Positions 43,459 to 56,371 of a DNA stretch of 64,000 nt are shown piece after piece. The stretch is from the human T2T-CHM13v2.0 reference genome, Homo sapiens. The stretch's first letter is position 1; each line of letters opens with the position of its first letter. The stretch is from the NCBI RefSeq assembly GCF_009914755.1, contig NC_060925.1; one strand, written 5' to 3'. The notes under the pieces are model-generated. The model saw nothing but the letters and a program-made list of their open reading frames with translations, was not told where the DNA came from and did no database searches. Position numbers and translations under genes: made by a program.

Positions 43459-43867
43459 CCAGGCTTGCAAATCACTGTGCTTGTCCATTTACCTCCATTT
43501 TCTCATCACATGCTCCCAAGAATCCTTTACTAGGGTTTTTCTTATCCTCTTGTTATACTCACTGTGCTTAGAGAAGTCCAGTAACTTGTCTGAGATCAGA
43601 AGCTATGCTAGACTATAAGCTCTCGAAGGCAGTGCTGTTGCTGATGCATTGTTTGTCTGGTTCTAGCACAGATCCTGCACCCTAGAGGAGAACCGTTCAG
43701 GACAGGCTTTAGGGTTGAAGTGGCAGGATGTGACAGAGGCCCAGTGCAGATGGAGGAATCGACAATAGGAAGAGGGATGCTGCTGAAGATGGCTGCGGGG
43801 GTCAAGCAAGGTGAATGGGGAATGTTTATGTGCTGGGCAGTAGGCAAACCCTCCTGCTTCCTGCTAG

Positions 43868-44206
43868 GACCTACAGTGATGACAACATGTGTATACTGGC
43901 CCTCTATGGCCTGCATGTGCCATGGCCCACTGGAGCCCTCTAGGGCCTGAGTGCTGGTTTTGTCCACAAGTTCTGCATGGAACTTGGTTACTGTACAATC
44001 AACCTGGCTTTGCCTTGGCCTGCTGAGGCCCTCTGCTGCCGGCGCAGGCCCTGCCCTCAGTCCTAGCCAATAGCTAGGGGGCACTCTCTGGGAGACCCAT
44101 TCTGCCTGTGCTTGTGCCCTCATGGGGACACTGGGCATGGAGCTCCACTGGACACTTGCCCTGTCCCCAACACCAGCTTTTCTCTGCATTGAGGACAAAG
44201 AATAAA
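43868..44206 (+). pseudogene. REN: REN-like exon 10, 3'UTR and poly(A) signal
   Basis: YSDDNMCILALYGLHVPWPTGAL*GLSAGFVHKFCMELGYC..NQPGFALAC* (TGA 44024-44026), versus ..[46 protein letters not shown]. 3'UTR GGCCCTCTGC...GCAGGCCCTGCC...GAGGACAAAGAATAAAGA matches the recalled REN 3'UTR. Confidence 0.94.
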
Positions 44207-45129
44207 GATGTTACTTCCTGGGTTCCGTAGGATTTGAAACAGAGAAAGAGGCAGACATGTGCCCATATGACACGGACTGACAAACTCTCCACATTGACTC
44301 GTGTGCATTGGTTCCTGTGCACAGGGGATGGTGCCATCCGTCCACTGTCGGCAGGGATCAGGTGGAGTTGTTCACACAACCTCAGGTGGGAAATCTTCAG
44401 AGAGCCAGCCCCATCACCCCCCAGACCCCTGAGCACCAAGGCTAGTGCTGTGAGTCAGAGAGATAAGCCCAGCTCACGGAAGTTAGCTCCATGCCCAGGC
44501 TCAGTGCTGCTGAGCTAGCCAACCCTGTCTCATGCAAAACTCCCTCCAGCCCTGTCTTACGCACTGCAGACTCCCCTGCCCCACACAGCCATTTTCACAG
44601 GCAGGTCGAGGCACCACCTCCAAAAAATGTAAAACACCAGACATCCAACAAACACTCCCACTTTTCACGTAGGGACAAAGGTCCAGAGACTGGATGGCAT
44701 TTGCCCAAGATCACTTGGTGAAGTAGTGAAGAATCAAGACTAGAACCCAGCCTGTCCGAATCTGCTCCACAGAGCTCCACACACACACGTGTTCAGGCCA
44801 TGTGCACGAGTGCACCTACATGCCCACTCTGCTGTCCTCTGCAGACTGAAGCCTCTTATCCCTCTCTGACCCCCAGGCTGTCTGCAGGGGATGTAGCTTG
44901 GGGAATGAGAGGGCAGCATCCACCCAAAGCCACTGAAACTGTCCTTCAAGGTAGCTGCTCACCTCTCGTTTGATTAAAAAGGATAAGACACTCAGGTGGG
45001 TTGAACCAGGCCAGGCAAAACTCATATTGCATACTATTGTGATAGAACACCCTTGAATAAAGTGTGTCTCAGCATTTTTAACGTGTCACAAATAATTATT
45101 TCTTTAACACCCACCCCCATCATCTACAC

Positions 45130-45308
45130 AGTCCAATATGGTAGCCACTAGCCACATGTGACTATTTGCATATTTAAATTAATTAAATTTAAATAAAATG
45201 TCTCACAAGCCACATCCCAAGTGCTCAGTGGTCACATGTGGCTGGTGGCCACCGCATTGGAGTGAAGATACAGAGCATCATCACGGAAGTTCTGCTGGAC
45301 AGAGCTGG
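45130..45308. mobile_element. MER33/MER3-type hAT element
   Basis: TCCAATATGGTAGCCACTAGCCACATGTG...CACATGTGGCTGGTGGCCACC...GTTCTGCTGGACAG. Confidence 0.75.
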
Positions 45309-46219
45309 ATTCTGGACAGCAATAACGAAAGGACTCTTGAGTTTGAGTGGTTCCCAAATACACCAAAGGGATAACTTGGGGAAATAGAAAAGGGCGCCTT
45401 CTCTGAAGGTACTTTTCTGGTTGGGGCAGTGAGAGATCTGGCCTCTTAAGAAGGCTTCTCTCTGAGGAGGTGGTGACCAATGAGGTCCTTGAGGCAGACA
45501 AGAGAGTGGACAACTGAGGCTGGCTATGGCCAAGAGGGCTGACAGCCTACAGAGCCCTGCTTAGGAGGTGACAGAGTGATCAGAGAGTCCAGCTAGCAGA
45601 AGACATCCCCCTAAGTTGGCCTGGCCTCTCTTCATGTCTCCTCTCCCCACAGAAACTCTTCCTCAGGACACCTATTCCCCCAACCTCTAACACGCATGAG
45701 TGTGCGTAAAAACACACACCCCCCCGCCACCACCACCACCATCACCAGCTCATTCTACTTTTGGCCCTATAGTTATGCCAGGCCTTTATCTCTCCTCCAC
45801 AAGGGCAAGCACAGGGGCTGCCCTACCTCCTTACCTCTAATGCCCAGCAAAGTGTGAGGCTCAGGGACACCTGCTTGCCTAGGACCTGCCCTCAATCAGG
45901 CTCTCAAGATGGGTTAGGGGAGGGGAGGCTTTAAGAATAATTTAGTGACTCAAACTCTGTCCTGCTCAAAATCCTGGCCTAAGGGGTGTTTAAATACTCC
46001 CATGCCCGGAAATATTCAGTGACCTGTCAGGCACAATACCCGCCACCCACCCACCTATGCACACGGGCACTCACACTTACACTCACACAGACACACACAT
46101 CATCATCAAATGTCATCTCTCCATCAAGTGCGTGTGGGGGTGGGGGAGGGGTGCTGGTTAGGCTCCCTGCAGGGGAGGCCTTTGAGATGCAGCAGGACCC
46201 TCTCCTACAGAGCCTTTCC

Positions 46220-46800
46220 CAGGGGTCCGGGGACTGGAAGCAGGGAGCAGGAATACGCAGGAAGAGCCAGCAGCTGCCTGCGTCCCAGGCTGCCGGGACT
46301 GGGCGGGGGGAAAGGGGGGAAAGGGGGGTGAAAGGGGGGAAAAGGGTGGGAAAAGGGGAGGGCGGGGGGAGTGACCCAGCCTGGGTGGGAAGGGAGAAGC
46401 CACCTCCCTGCTCCAGGAGCGGCCTGGCAGGGACCCAGAAGGGTGCAGGTGCGGCGTCCCGGGTTTCCGCTCGCCGTCACTCTCTCCGGGCGCTCCAGGT
46501 AGTTGGCGGCAGTGGCAGCCCGCACTCCCAAGCGGCCTGTGTGCCAGGGGAGGGCTGGTAGGAGGCGTTCCCGCAGCTGCCATCCAGGCTTGGCAATCCA
46601 TGGATCTGGATAACGTCACTCAGGAGCTGCAGCCACATTGGAAGCCGGAACAAATTCGTAGCAAGGTAGCAGAGCAGGCACCAGGACGGATGGAGCCCTT
46701 CAGGGCTGGAACCAGGACGCGGTGTACATCTGTTCATGCATTTTTCCAGTTGCGAGTCCCACAGGTGCGTGCGTGCCAGTGCCCCTCGCTGTGCAGAAGC
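46220..46800. promoter_or_regulatory. Residual CpG-island-like promoter of the ETNK2 copy, with GC boxes and a G-run tract
   Basis: About 30 CpGs in ~600 bp by hand count, versus CpG-poor flanks. GGGCGG at ~46301 and ~46360. Confidence 0.6.
46573..46665 (+). pseudogene. ETNK2: ETNK2-like exon 1, 3' part
   Basis: MDLDNV-------TQELQPHWKPEQIRSK|gtagca, versus VDPDDILPGALRLIQELRPHWKPEQVRTK|gt. 7-codon deletion. Confidence 0.9.
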
Positions 46801-47075
46801 CAGCCTTGAACCTTCAGGAGACAGGAACCTTTGAGGGACCTCCACATTCACATACACATCGCTGTCCCTTCTCCACCCATGGTGGGAGCAAAGCCTCCAG
46901 ACTCAGAGCTGCCCCAGCCCGGCCCATGAGCCACCCTTTGGAATTCCCTGCGCTGGGTGGAAGCTCTCACCGTCACTGCAGACCCACACAGGGAGCCTTC
47001 CCCACCTCTAGCTGAGTGCATTCTCCTGGACACAGATGTGGGCAGAGCCTCTAGGCTGATTCCCCAGCTGAATGC

Positions 47076-47433
47076 TGTATTATAGTCCGTTTTCACACTT
47101 CTATAAAGAACTACCTCAAACTGGGTAATTTATAAAGAGAAAGGGTTTAATTGACTCACAGTTCTGTGTGGCTGGGGAGGCCTCAGGAAACTTACAATCA
47201 TGGTGGAAGGCAAAAGAAAAACAAGCACCTTCTTTACAAGACGTGGGGCAAGGGAGGGAAGAACCGTCATATGCTTTTAAACCATGAAAGAACTCACTCA
47301 TTATCACAAGAACAGCATGGGGGAAACAAACTGCCCCCATGATCCAATCATCTTCACTAGGCCCCTTCCTTTACACATAGGGATTACAATTCGAGATGAG
47401 ATTTGGGTGGGGACACAGAGTCAAACCCTATCA
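47076..47433 (-). mobile_element. MSTA/THE1-type MaLR solo LTR in ETNK2-like intron 1
   Basis: TGTATT..AGTCCGTTTTCACAC...GATGAGATTTGGGTGGGGACACAGAGTCAAACCCTATCA. Confidence 0.88.
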
Positions 47434-48512
47434 CCTGCCTTCTCTGAAAAGCAGCCTTCACTGCCCACCCACCCACCCCAATCCCTTCTGGAGGCTGCCT
47501 GTGAGGAAGGTGAGCAAGGGCAGGTGAAAATTCACTGGGGGCATGCAGCTTGTGCTGGACTCTAGTAGGGGCCCCATGCTGATGGGCCTTCTGGGTGGTA
47601 GAAGCCAAGTTCTCAGGAGATTCAGCACCAAGTGCTGGCTGACAGACCTATTCTTCCTTAGGGGACAGGGATAGGGTGAGAAAGGGAGGTCGCATTTACA
47701 AAATAAAAAGCTCACATCGTTAGTAAGACTGTCAAGGCTCCAAGTAGACCTAAGGTTAGGTCAGCACTGACCTAACATGCCATCTGCCAGTCCAGCCCCT
47801 CTGAGCCTCAGTTTCCCCACCTAGAATTGGTTCACATGCTCTAAGACCCCTTCAGCTCTGTCACACTGTGCCCCATAAATTCCATGGTTCCTTCTTCCTT
47901 GTCACCCTGCCGAGAGAACCACTCTCCCATTCCGGCACCTCGTGTCTCTTCTGGAGTGGAACTCAGAGCCCTGAAATATCTCTAACCACTAAAGCTCTGG
48001 GGTGGGTGCCAGCCTTGGTACCCTGCTTGTGCTGCTGATGCTGGACAAGCAGGGCAAGAGGTAGAGCAAAGAGCACTCTGCCTGGCAAGCAGAGAGGATG
48101 CTGGTTGGGATGCACTTGTCCTTGGCCACTCCTGTTCCTCTCTAGCCACTTTTTAATTCATGGGATTTTTTTCTTTCAGGGCAGGGTTGGGAAAGTGAGG
48201 AGCACATAGAGACTTCACTCCATCAAGTGGTACAGAAATTCCTTTACTGCCAAATCCTACCCACTATGGGCAGACCTAGAAGAAGTAAGTGTGCCTGGGC
48301 TAAGTGCCATTTTGTTTTTCTTGGACTCTCTAGTCTTCCCCAAGTGTTGGGGACAGGGTAGGGCATTAAGATCAGTGCTGAGATCTTTATTAAGTGGGAT
48401 TCTGTGTGGTCATGCTTAACATTCAAATGAGCACCCTCTTTTGGGGCCAGGGAGCCATAGGCGAAAATCAGGGAGACCCTGTGCCACCCACACATGTTCT
48501 TCTCCATGCTAG

Positions 48513-48759
48513 TGCTTTACTGATGGATGCTGTCACCAACATGCCGGTGGCTTGCTATGTGTGTGACTATGTCCTGGCACATGGGGAGTGGACTGAGTTG
48601 CTGATGGACTGTGAGAATTAAGCCAGGAATTTCCAGCTGCTGCAAGCACATGGCTGTGCCTCCAAACTCTAGTGCACTTTCTAGAATGGGCTGGGCTGTG
48701 AGTACATCTAGGACATGGCGATGGGGCTTGAAGCACATCCATGGGCCCTGGCTCTTCAG
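48513..48759 (+). pseudogene. ETNK2: ETNK2-like exon 2
   Basis: CFTD(+4)AVTNMPVACYV..DYVLAHGEWTELLMDCEN*ARNFQLLQAHGCASKL*CTF*NGLGCEYI*...CTCTTCAG|gtgagc, versus RFTDGITNKLVACYVEEDMQDCVLVRVYGERTELLVDRENEVRNFQLLRAHSCAPKLYCTFQNGLCYEYMQ. Four stops. Confidence 0.95.
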
Positions 48760-50274
48760 GTGAGCAAGGTGCCCAGGGGACAATTCATCTCCATTATGCC
48801 TCAGGCCTTGGGCTTCAAAATCCTGGGCCAGCTTCCTTGGTATAGAGCAAGGTCCATGGATAAAGTCATGAAGTCTGTGAGTTCCTTGAAATTGCATGAA
48901 AAATGTGTTTATGTGCTTTGCTCTGCCGAGAGAGACTACAGCTTTCTATAAATTGTCAGTGGGGTCTGCTGGAAAAATGAGGTCTGGAGGAAGAAAGTGA
49001 GAATTTTGCTGAGCCTGGAACTAAAGGATCTTGCTCTCTAGGGATACACAGCAGGGATCTGCTTCCTGGCCCCAAGTCTCAACCCTCTGCCTACCCCACA
49101 TGTGACCTGGAAACATCCTGGAGCCCTGAAAGTGAAATCTGAGCCAAATCCCTAGCAGACTCAGGGCCCTTGCCCCTCTTCTCCTTTTGATAAAAACTTA
49201 CCTTTTCAGGGAAAATAGGCTCCATCTAGGGTGAACATGTTTCCACCAGAGAGATGCCATTCCTCTTCCCATTCTGAGCTCCTTCTGAGCTCCATGACAA
49301 GGTGAGAGCCTAGTTTTGGAAAGCTGCTGAGGCTTCCTTTCAAAGGCTCATAGGAACTTACAATGCCCAGGGAAATCTTTCTACTAAGTGCCTAGGTGTG
49401 TAGGTCCCAGGAACTGGACTTAGCCTTCGAGTCCTATGGATGCCTCCATGGAGTCCAGAAAGGGAGAACGAAAGAGCCTGTAATACAATCTTCCTCCTCT
49501 GACTGTACCAGGACAGGGATATCAGGCTGTATTCTTCTTCTCTTCAATGCCACACCTCATGTAGAGGGGACTCAGACTACAGTGAGGCCCAAGGCAGGTT
49601 GAGGTTTGCTCCTTACAGCAGGGACAGCAGCACAGGGTTCTTCCTAAAATTATTCAGATCTCTTGTCTGACCCAAGGGGAAGCACTCTGCATACTTAGGT
49701 ATAGACCAAGAAGCTTCTTTGCTTTTGAGGATTCTGAACAGAGCATGAACTGAGAATTTCCTTGAATATCAATATGGCTTGTTATCTGGAATAGCAATGA
49801 AAGTAACCTCAGCACTCACCATTTTTATCCTGTAAAGCCTCAGCAGGTGGATGTTGGGGGTGGAGTGAAGAGGTATATGAGGAGGGTGGTTCTCAGAGGC
49901 CTTCTCCTCCCTGACTTGATCTCAGACATACACCTTCACCCCAGAAAGATAATTGTCTATCCTGATAAAATCATTAAGGAACCCCTGATTCCTTCACCTA
50001 TCTCAGGTTTTGACTTTGTCCTAAATGCAAAGGACTTTGGAGAAAGTCCACAGGAAAACCTGAAAATAGAATGCTGGGACTTCTGGTTTCTAGTCCAGCA
50101 TTTAAGGAGCTTGGAAGTTGTCACTTCGGTTTACACAAGAAAAAAGCTGAACAAACTAGAAACCAACAACTTTTTTTAGATCCACCAGAGAACTGGGGTC
50201 ACAGAGTAAACACTGTAATTAACCAATTGCTGGAGTTTCAGTGTGGACAAATTTACAGTTAAAAACTCCAGGGA

Positions 50275-50577
50275 GCTGGGTGCAGTGGCTCATGCCTGTA
50301 ATCCCAGCACTTTGGGAGGCCGAGGTGGGCGGATCACTTGAGGTCAGGAGTTCAAGACCAGCCCGGCCAACATGACGAAACCCCACCTCTACTAAAAGTA
50401 CAAAATATTAGACAGGTGTGGTGGTGCACGCCTCTAATCCCAGCTACTCAGGAGGCTGAGGCAAGAGAATCACTTAAACCTGGGAGGCAGGGGTTGCAGT
50501 AAGTCAATATTACATCACTGCACTCTAGCCTGGGCGTAAGGGTGAGACTGTCTCAAAAAACGAAAACAAAAACAAAA
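50275..50577 (+). mobile_element. AluS
   Basis: Full Alu with TSD AAAACTCCAGGG. Confidence 0.9.
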
Positions 50578-51359
50578 CTCCAGGGGTACCTAGTCATGAT
50601 AGGGATGGGGCACACTTTTGTGAGTTTTATCTCCAGGAGCTCTACCATATTCTCACAGTGAAGATCAAAGAAGAAGAATCCCCTTGTACTTCTGTGAGAT
50701 GGGGAGGAAGATAAGAAGAAGTAGCCATTTTGAAACACTCCCAGAGCACTCTGTCTTAGCAAGGTCTGCCCTCAAAACAAAAACAAAAAACAAAAACAAA
50801 CTATTTCACCAGAGCCTAACTTACTGATGTTTTACCAGAGCCTAATGGACTTGGGGAAGGAAATTTTCCAATTCCAGCCCCATCTAGCCTTTCTGTCTCA
50901 CCTAAAGAATGGGACTGGGTAGAAGGTAGGACTCAAAAACACTGTAAAGTTGATAGCCCAGGGGGACGGGCTCATTTAGAGACTGAGACTTAATCATATG
51001 ACTATAAGATGCTTCCCTTCCACTCATACCCCACCACCATCTCCCTAAAGGCCTATTTACCTCAGTTCCTTTTCCCAGTACATCATGTCCAGCTTTCAAC
51101 AGAAAAGTACAAGGCATACTAAAAGACATAGTTTGGAGAGATAGAGTGGGCATCAGATACCTAGACTCAGATATGACAAGGATGTTAGAATTATCAGACT
51201 ACAAATTTTAAATAATGATGAGTAAATATGCAAAGGGCTGTAATGAAAAAAAGTAGACAGCATTCAAGAACAGATGGGTTATATAAGCAGGGATGGAAAT
51301 TCTAAGAGACAATTAAAAAATGCTAGTTGAAAAACACTGTAACAGAAATTAAGAATGCC

Positions 51360-51650
<291 letters not shown>

Positions 51651-52181
51651 TCATTATAGACTAGACATGGCCAAGTAAAGAATCAATGAGCCTGAAGAAA
51701 AGTCAATAGAAATTTCCAACATGGAAATGCAAAAAGAAAAGTTAATAAAAAAGTATAATATTCAAGAAATATGGGGCAATTACAAAAGGTGCACATAATG
51801 GGAATGCAAGAAAGAGAAAAAAGAGAGAAAAGAACAGAGGAAATATTTAAAGCAATAATGACTGAGAATTTCTCAAGGTTAATGTCAGACACCAAATCAC
51901 AGACACAGAAAGCTGAGAGAACACCTAAAAGTATAAATGCCCCAAAAAATCTACACCTAGGGATGTCATATTAAACAGAAGAAAAACCAAAGGCAAAGAA
52001 AAAGTTTTTAAAGAAGACAGAGGGAGAAAAAAATGCATTACCTATAGAGGAGCATGGATGAGAATTACACTGGACTTCTCCTCAGAAACTATGCAACAAG
52101 AAGAGAGTGGAGTGAAAAACTTTGTGTTGGAAAAAAACCCCTGCAAAACAAGAATTCTGTATCCAGATAAATTATCTCTCA

Positions 52182-52512
<331 letters not shown>

Positions 52513-52839
52513 GGCAGGGAGAAATAAAGACTTTCTCAGACAAACAAAAATTGAGAAAATTTGTCACCATAGACCTGCCTTGCAAAAAATGCTAAACAAA
52601 GTTCTTCAGAGAGAAGGAAAATGATAAGTCATAAACTCAAATCTGTATTTAAAAAGGAAAAAGCATTAGAGAAGGAATAAAGTAGAATAAAAGCTTTCAT
52701 TTTTTATTCTTAATTGATTTAACAGATAATCCTTTGTTCAACAGAACTATAGTAACAATGAATTCAGTGATTATAGCTTGTATGTAAGTGAAATAAATGA
52801 CAGTAACGTTATATGAGGCTGGAAAGATACTCTACGATG

Positions 52840-52898
52840 TTAGGTTGGTGCAAAAGTGATTGCGGTTTTTGCCATTAAAAGTAATGCAACCAACCTAA
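52840..52898. mobile_element. MADE1 (Hsmar1-derived MITE), internally deleted
   Basis: TTAGGTTGGTGCAAAAGTGATTGCGGTTTTTGCCATTAAAAGTAATG-CAACCAACCTAA followed by TA. Confidence 0.85.
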
Positions 52899-53454
52899 TA
52901 CTTGCACTACCCATGAAGTGTTATACCCATGAAGTGTTATAGTGTTATTTGGACGTGGACTTGGATTATACTGTAAACTCTGGGGCAACCACTGAAAAAT
53001 GCTTAAAAATATATATACTTGATATATACTAAGATAGGAGAAAATATGGAATCATATAAGGTCCTCAGTTAAAAAACAGAGAAGGCAGAAAAAGAGTGAG
53101 GAAAAAAATGAAATGAAGAACAAGAGCAATAATAGAAAACAGTAACAAATGTGGTAAATAGTAATCCAACCATATCCATAATCATTTTAAATATTAATGG
53201 TATAGATATACCAATTAAAAGACAGAGACTGTCAGAATAAACAAGAAAACAAGATACAGTAATATCTCTATAAGAAACCCATTTTGAATATAAAGACACA
53301 GATAAAATAAAAATAAAGGGATGGAGAATGGCATAACCGGCTAGCAATAATCAAAAAGAAAAATGGAATAGTTACGTTGATTTTACACACAACATACTTT
53401 AGAGCAAAGATAATTATCAAAAATAAAGAGAGGCATTATATGGGGATAAAGGGA

Positions 53455-53850
53455 TATTAGTATGCTTGGGCTGCCACAACAATATAAGATAAACTGGGTG
53501 ACTTAAATAACAGAAATTTGTTTTCTCACAGTTCTCATTCCTGGAACATCCAAGATTATGTTTCTAGGTAATTTGGTTCTGGTGAAGACTCTTCCTGGCT
53601 TGTAGACAGCCACCTTCTTGCTGTGCTCACACATGGACTTTTTCTACGTGCTTATGTGGGGTTGTTGGGGGAAGAGGAGGGGGGAGGAGAGATCAATCCC
53701 TAGTGTCTCTTCTTCTAAGGATACTAATCCTACCGAATCAGGGACCCTACTCTTATGACCTCATTTAACCCTAATTACCTCTAAAGATTATTTCCACGTA
53801 TAGTCACATTAGGTGTTAGGGCTTCAACATATTAATTAGGAGGGGGCAGG
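53455..53850 (-). mobile_element. MLT1 (A-C type) LTR inside the L1
   Basis: TATTAGTATGCTTGGGCTGCCACAAC...TCTCACAGTTCT...TAGGGCTTCAACATAT. Confidence 0.75.
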
Positions 53851-56025
53851 TAGCGGGGGTCAGTTCTCCAAGAAGACATAACAGTACTTAATATGTAAGC
53901 AAGCAATTAACAAAAAGCACCAAAATATGTGTGGCAAAAATTGATAGAACTGCAAGGAGAAATAAATGAATCTGTTATTATAGTTGGAGACTTCCAACCC
54001 TCCTCTATCAGTAATTGACAGAACCAGCAGGCAGAAAATCAATAAGAACATAGTTGAACTAAACAACACCATCAACCAACTGGGTCTAATCAACTCTTAT
54101 AGATTACTTTATCCCACAACACTAAAATACACATTCTTCTCGAGGTCACATGGAACATTCACAAGGAAGATCAAATTATGTGCCATAAAATGCACCATAA
54201 CAAGTTTAGAAGACTAGAAATCATTTAGCAGATTCTCTCAGATTACAATGGGATTAAACTAGAAATAAACAAGAGAAAGATAGCTAGAACATCCCCTCAA
54301 AATTTTGAAGATTAAATAACACAAATCTAAATAACATATGGGTCAAATAATAAGTCTCAAGAGAAATTTTGAAAATATTTTGAACTAAATGAAAATAAAA
54401 ATTCAATTTATTAAAATTTGTAGCATACTCAAGTGAAAACAGTGCTTAGAGGGAAACTTATAGCATTGAATGAATGTATTAGAAAAGAAGAAAGACCTAA
54501 AATCAATAGTCTAAGCTAAGCATTCACCTTAGGAAACCAGAAAAAGAAGAGCAAATTAAATCTAAAGTAAGCAGAATTAAAAAACAGTAAAAATTAGAGC
54601 AGAAAATAATTAAATTACGACAGGAAATTAATAGAAATGATCAAAAAAACCAACAGCTGTTCTTTGAAAAGATAAGTAAAACTGATAAACTAATACTGGA
54701 AATGAAAGAGAGGCCATCACTATGGAGCCCATGGACATTTTAAGGATAATAAAGAAATAATATGAACACCTTTATGCCCACAGATTTGACAACCTAGATG
54801 AAATGGATCAATTCCTTGAAAGACAAAATCTATCAAAACTCACACAAGAAGAAACAGATTATCCAAACAGGTCTATATTTATTTTAAAAATTAAAACAAG
54901 TCTACACTTATTTTAAAAATTGAATGGATAACTGATAAGAGTAACTGATAATGTTTCAAAACAGAAAGCCCCAGGTCCAGATGGATTCATTGGTGAATGC
55001 TACCACAATCATTCAAGGAAAAAATATATACTAATTCTCTATAATTTCTTCTGGAAAATAGAAGTGGAGGGAATACTTTCTAACTAATTGTATGAGGCCA
55101 ACATTACCCTAATACCAAAATCAAACAAAGATATTACAAGAAAGAAAAAACTACGGACCAATATCTCTCATGAACACACAGATGCAAAAATCAACAAAAT
55201 ATTAGGAAGTTGAATCCAACGATGCATTAAAAAATTATACACCATAACCAAGTGAGATTTAGCCCAAGTATGCAAGGCTAGTTCACAATTCAAAAGCCCA
55301 TATAATGATGGATTAATGTAATCTATCACATCAAAAAGGTAAAGAAGAAAAATTGCATGATCATATCATGATTATATCAATAGCACATGACAAAATCCAA
55401 CACTCATTCTAATAAAAATTCTCAGCAAACTAGGAATAGAGGAAAACTTCCTCAACTAGATCGAGAATATCTATAGAAATCCTACAGCTAACATCATATT
55501 TAATGATAAGAAACTATATGCCTGAGTGAGACTCAGTCTCAAAAAACAAACAAACAAAAAATATATGCTTTCCTGCTAAGATCAGGAACAAGGCAAGGAT
55601 ATCCTCTATCACCACTCCTATTTGACATTGTATTGAAATTATGGCGAATGTAATAAGACAAAAAAGGAAATAAATGGCGTCAGATAATAATAAGGAGAAA
55701 GAAGAAATGAAACTGTCTTTAGTTGCAGATGACAAATTTTAAAAACCTGTGGAACTAATAAGTGGTTGTAGCAAGGTTGCAGGATACAAGATTAATGTTC
55801 AAAAGTTCACTGCTTTCTTATACACCAATAATGAACGATCACAATTTGAAATTAAAAACATAATACCGTTGATATTAACACCAAAAAAGAGAAATATTTA
55901 GGTGCAAATCTAACAAATTTGGCTAGATCTATATGAGGAAAACCACAAAAGTCTGATGAAATAAGCTGAAGATCTAAGTAAATGCAGAGACATTACAGTT
56001 TCATGAATAGAAAGACTCAATATTA

Positions 56026-56371
<346 letters not shown>

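Larger units (their letters stand above)
46573..48759 (+). pseudogene. ETNK2: Partial unprocessed ethanolamine kinase 2 (ETNK2-like) pseudogene: exons 1-2 with intron 1
   Basis: Two exon relics with canonical donor (46666 GT) and acceptor (48511-48512 AG), directly downstream of the renin copy as at the native locus. Confidence 0.92.

Noticed and set aside
43608-44198. Longest ORF in the track (196 aa, - strand)
   Set aside because: Antisense shadow of renin exon 10 and 3'UTR; no recognisable protein.
45986-46619. Overlapping 108-191 aa ORFs on both strands
   Set aside because: Low-complexity G/P-rich translations arising from the GC-rich tract.
55521-55560. ~20-bp Alu 3' tip with A-rich tail and TSD-like TATATGC inside the L1
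   Set aside because: Ordinary severely truncated Alu insertion.
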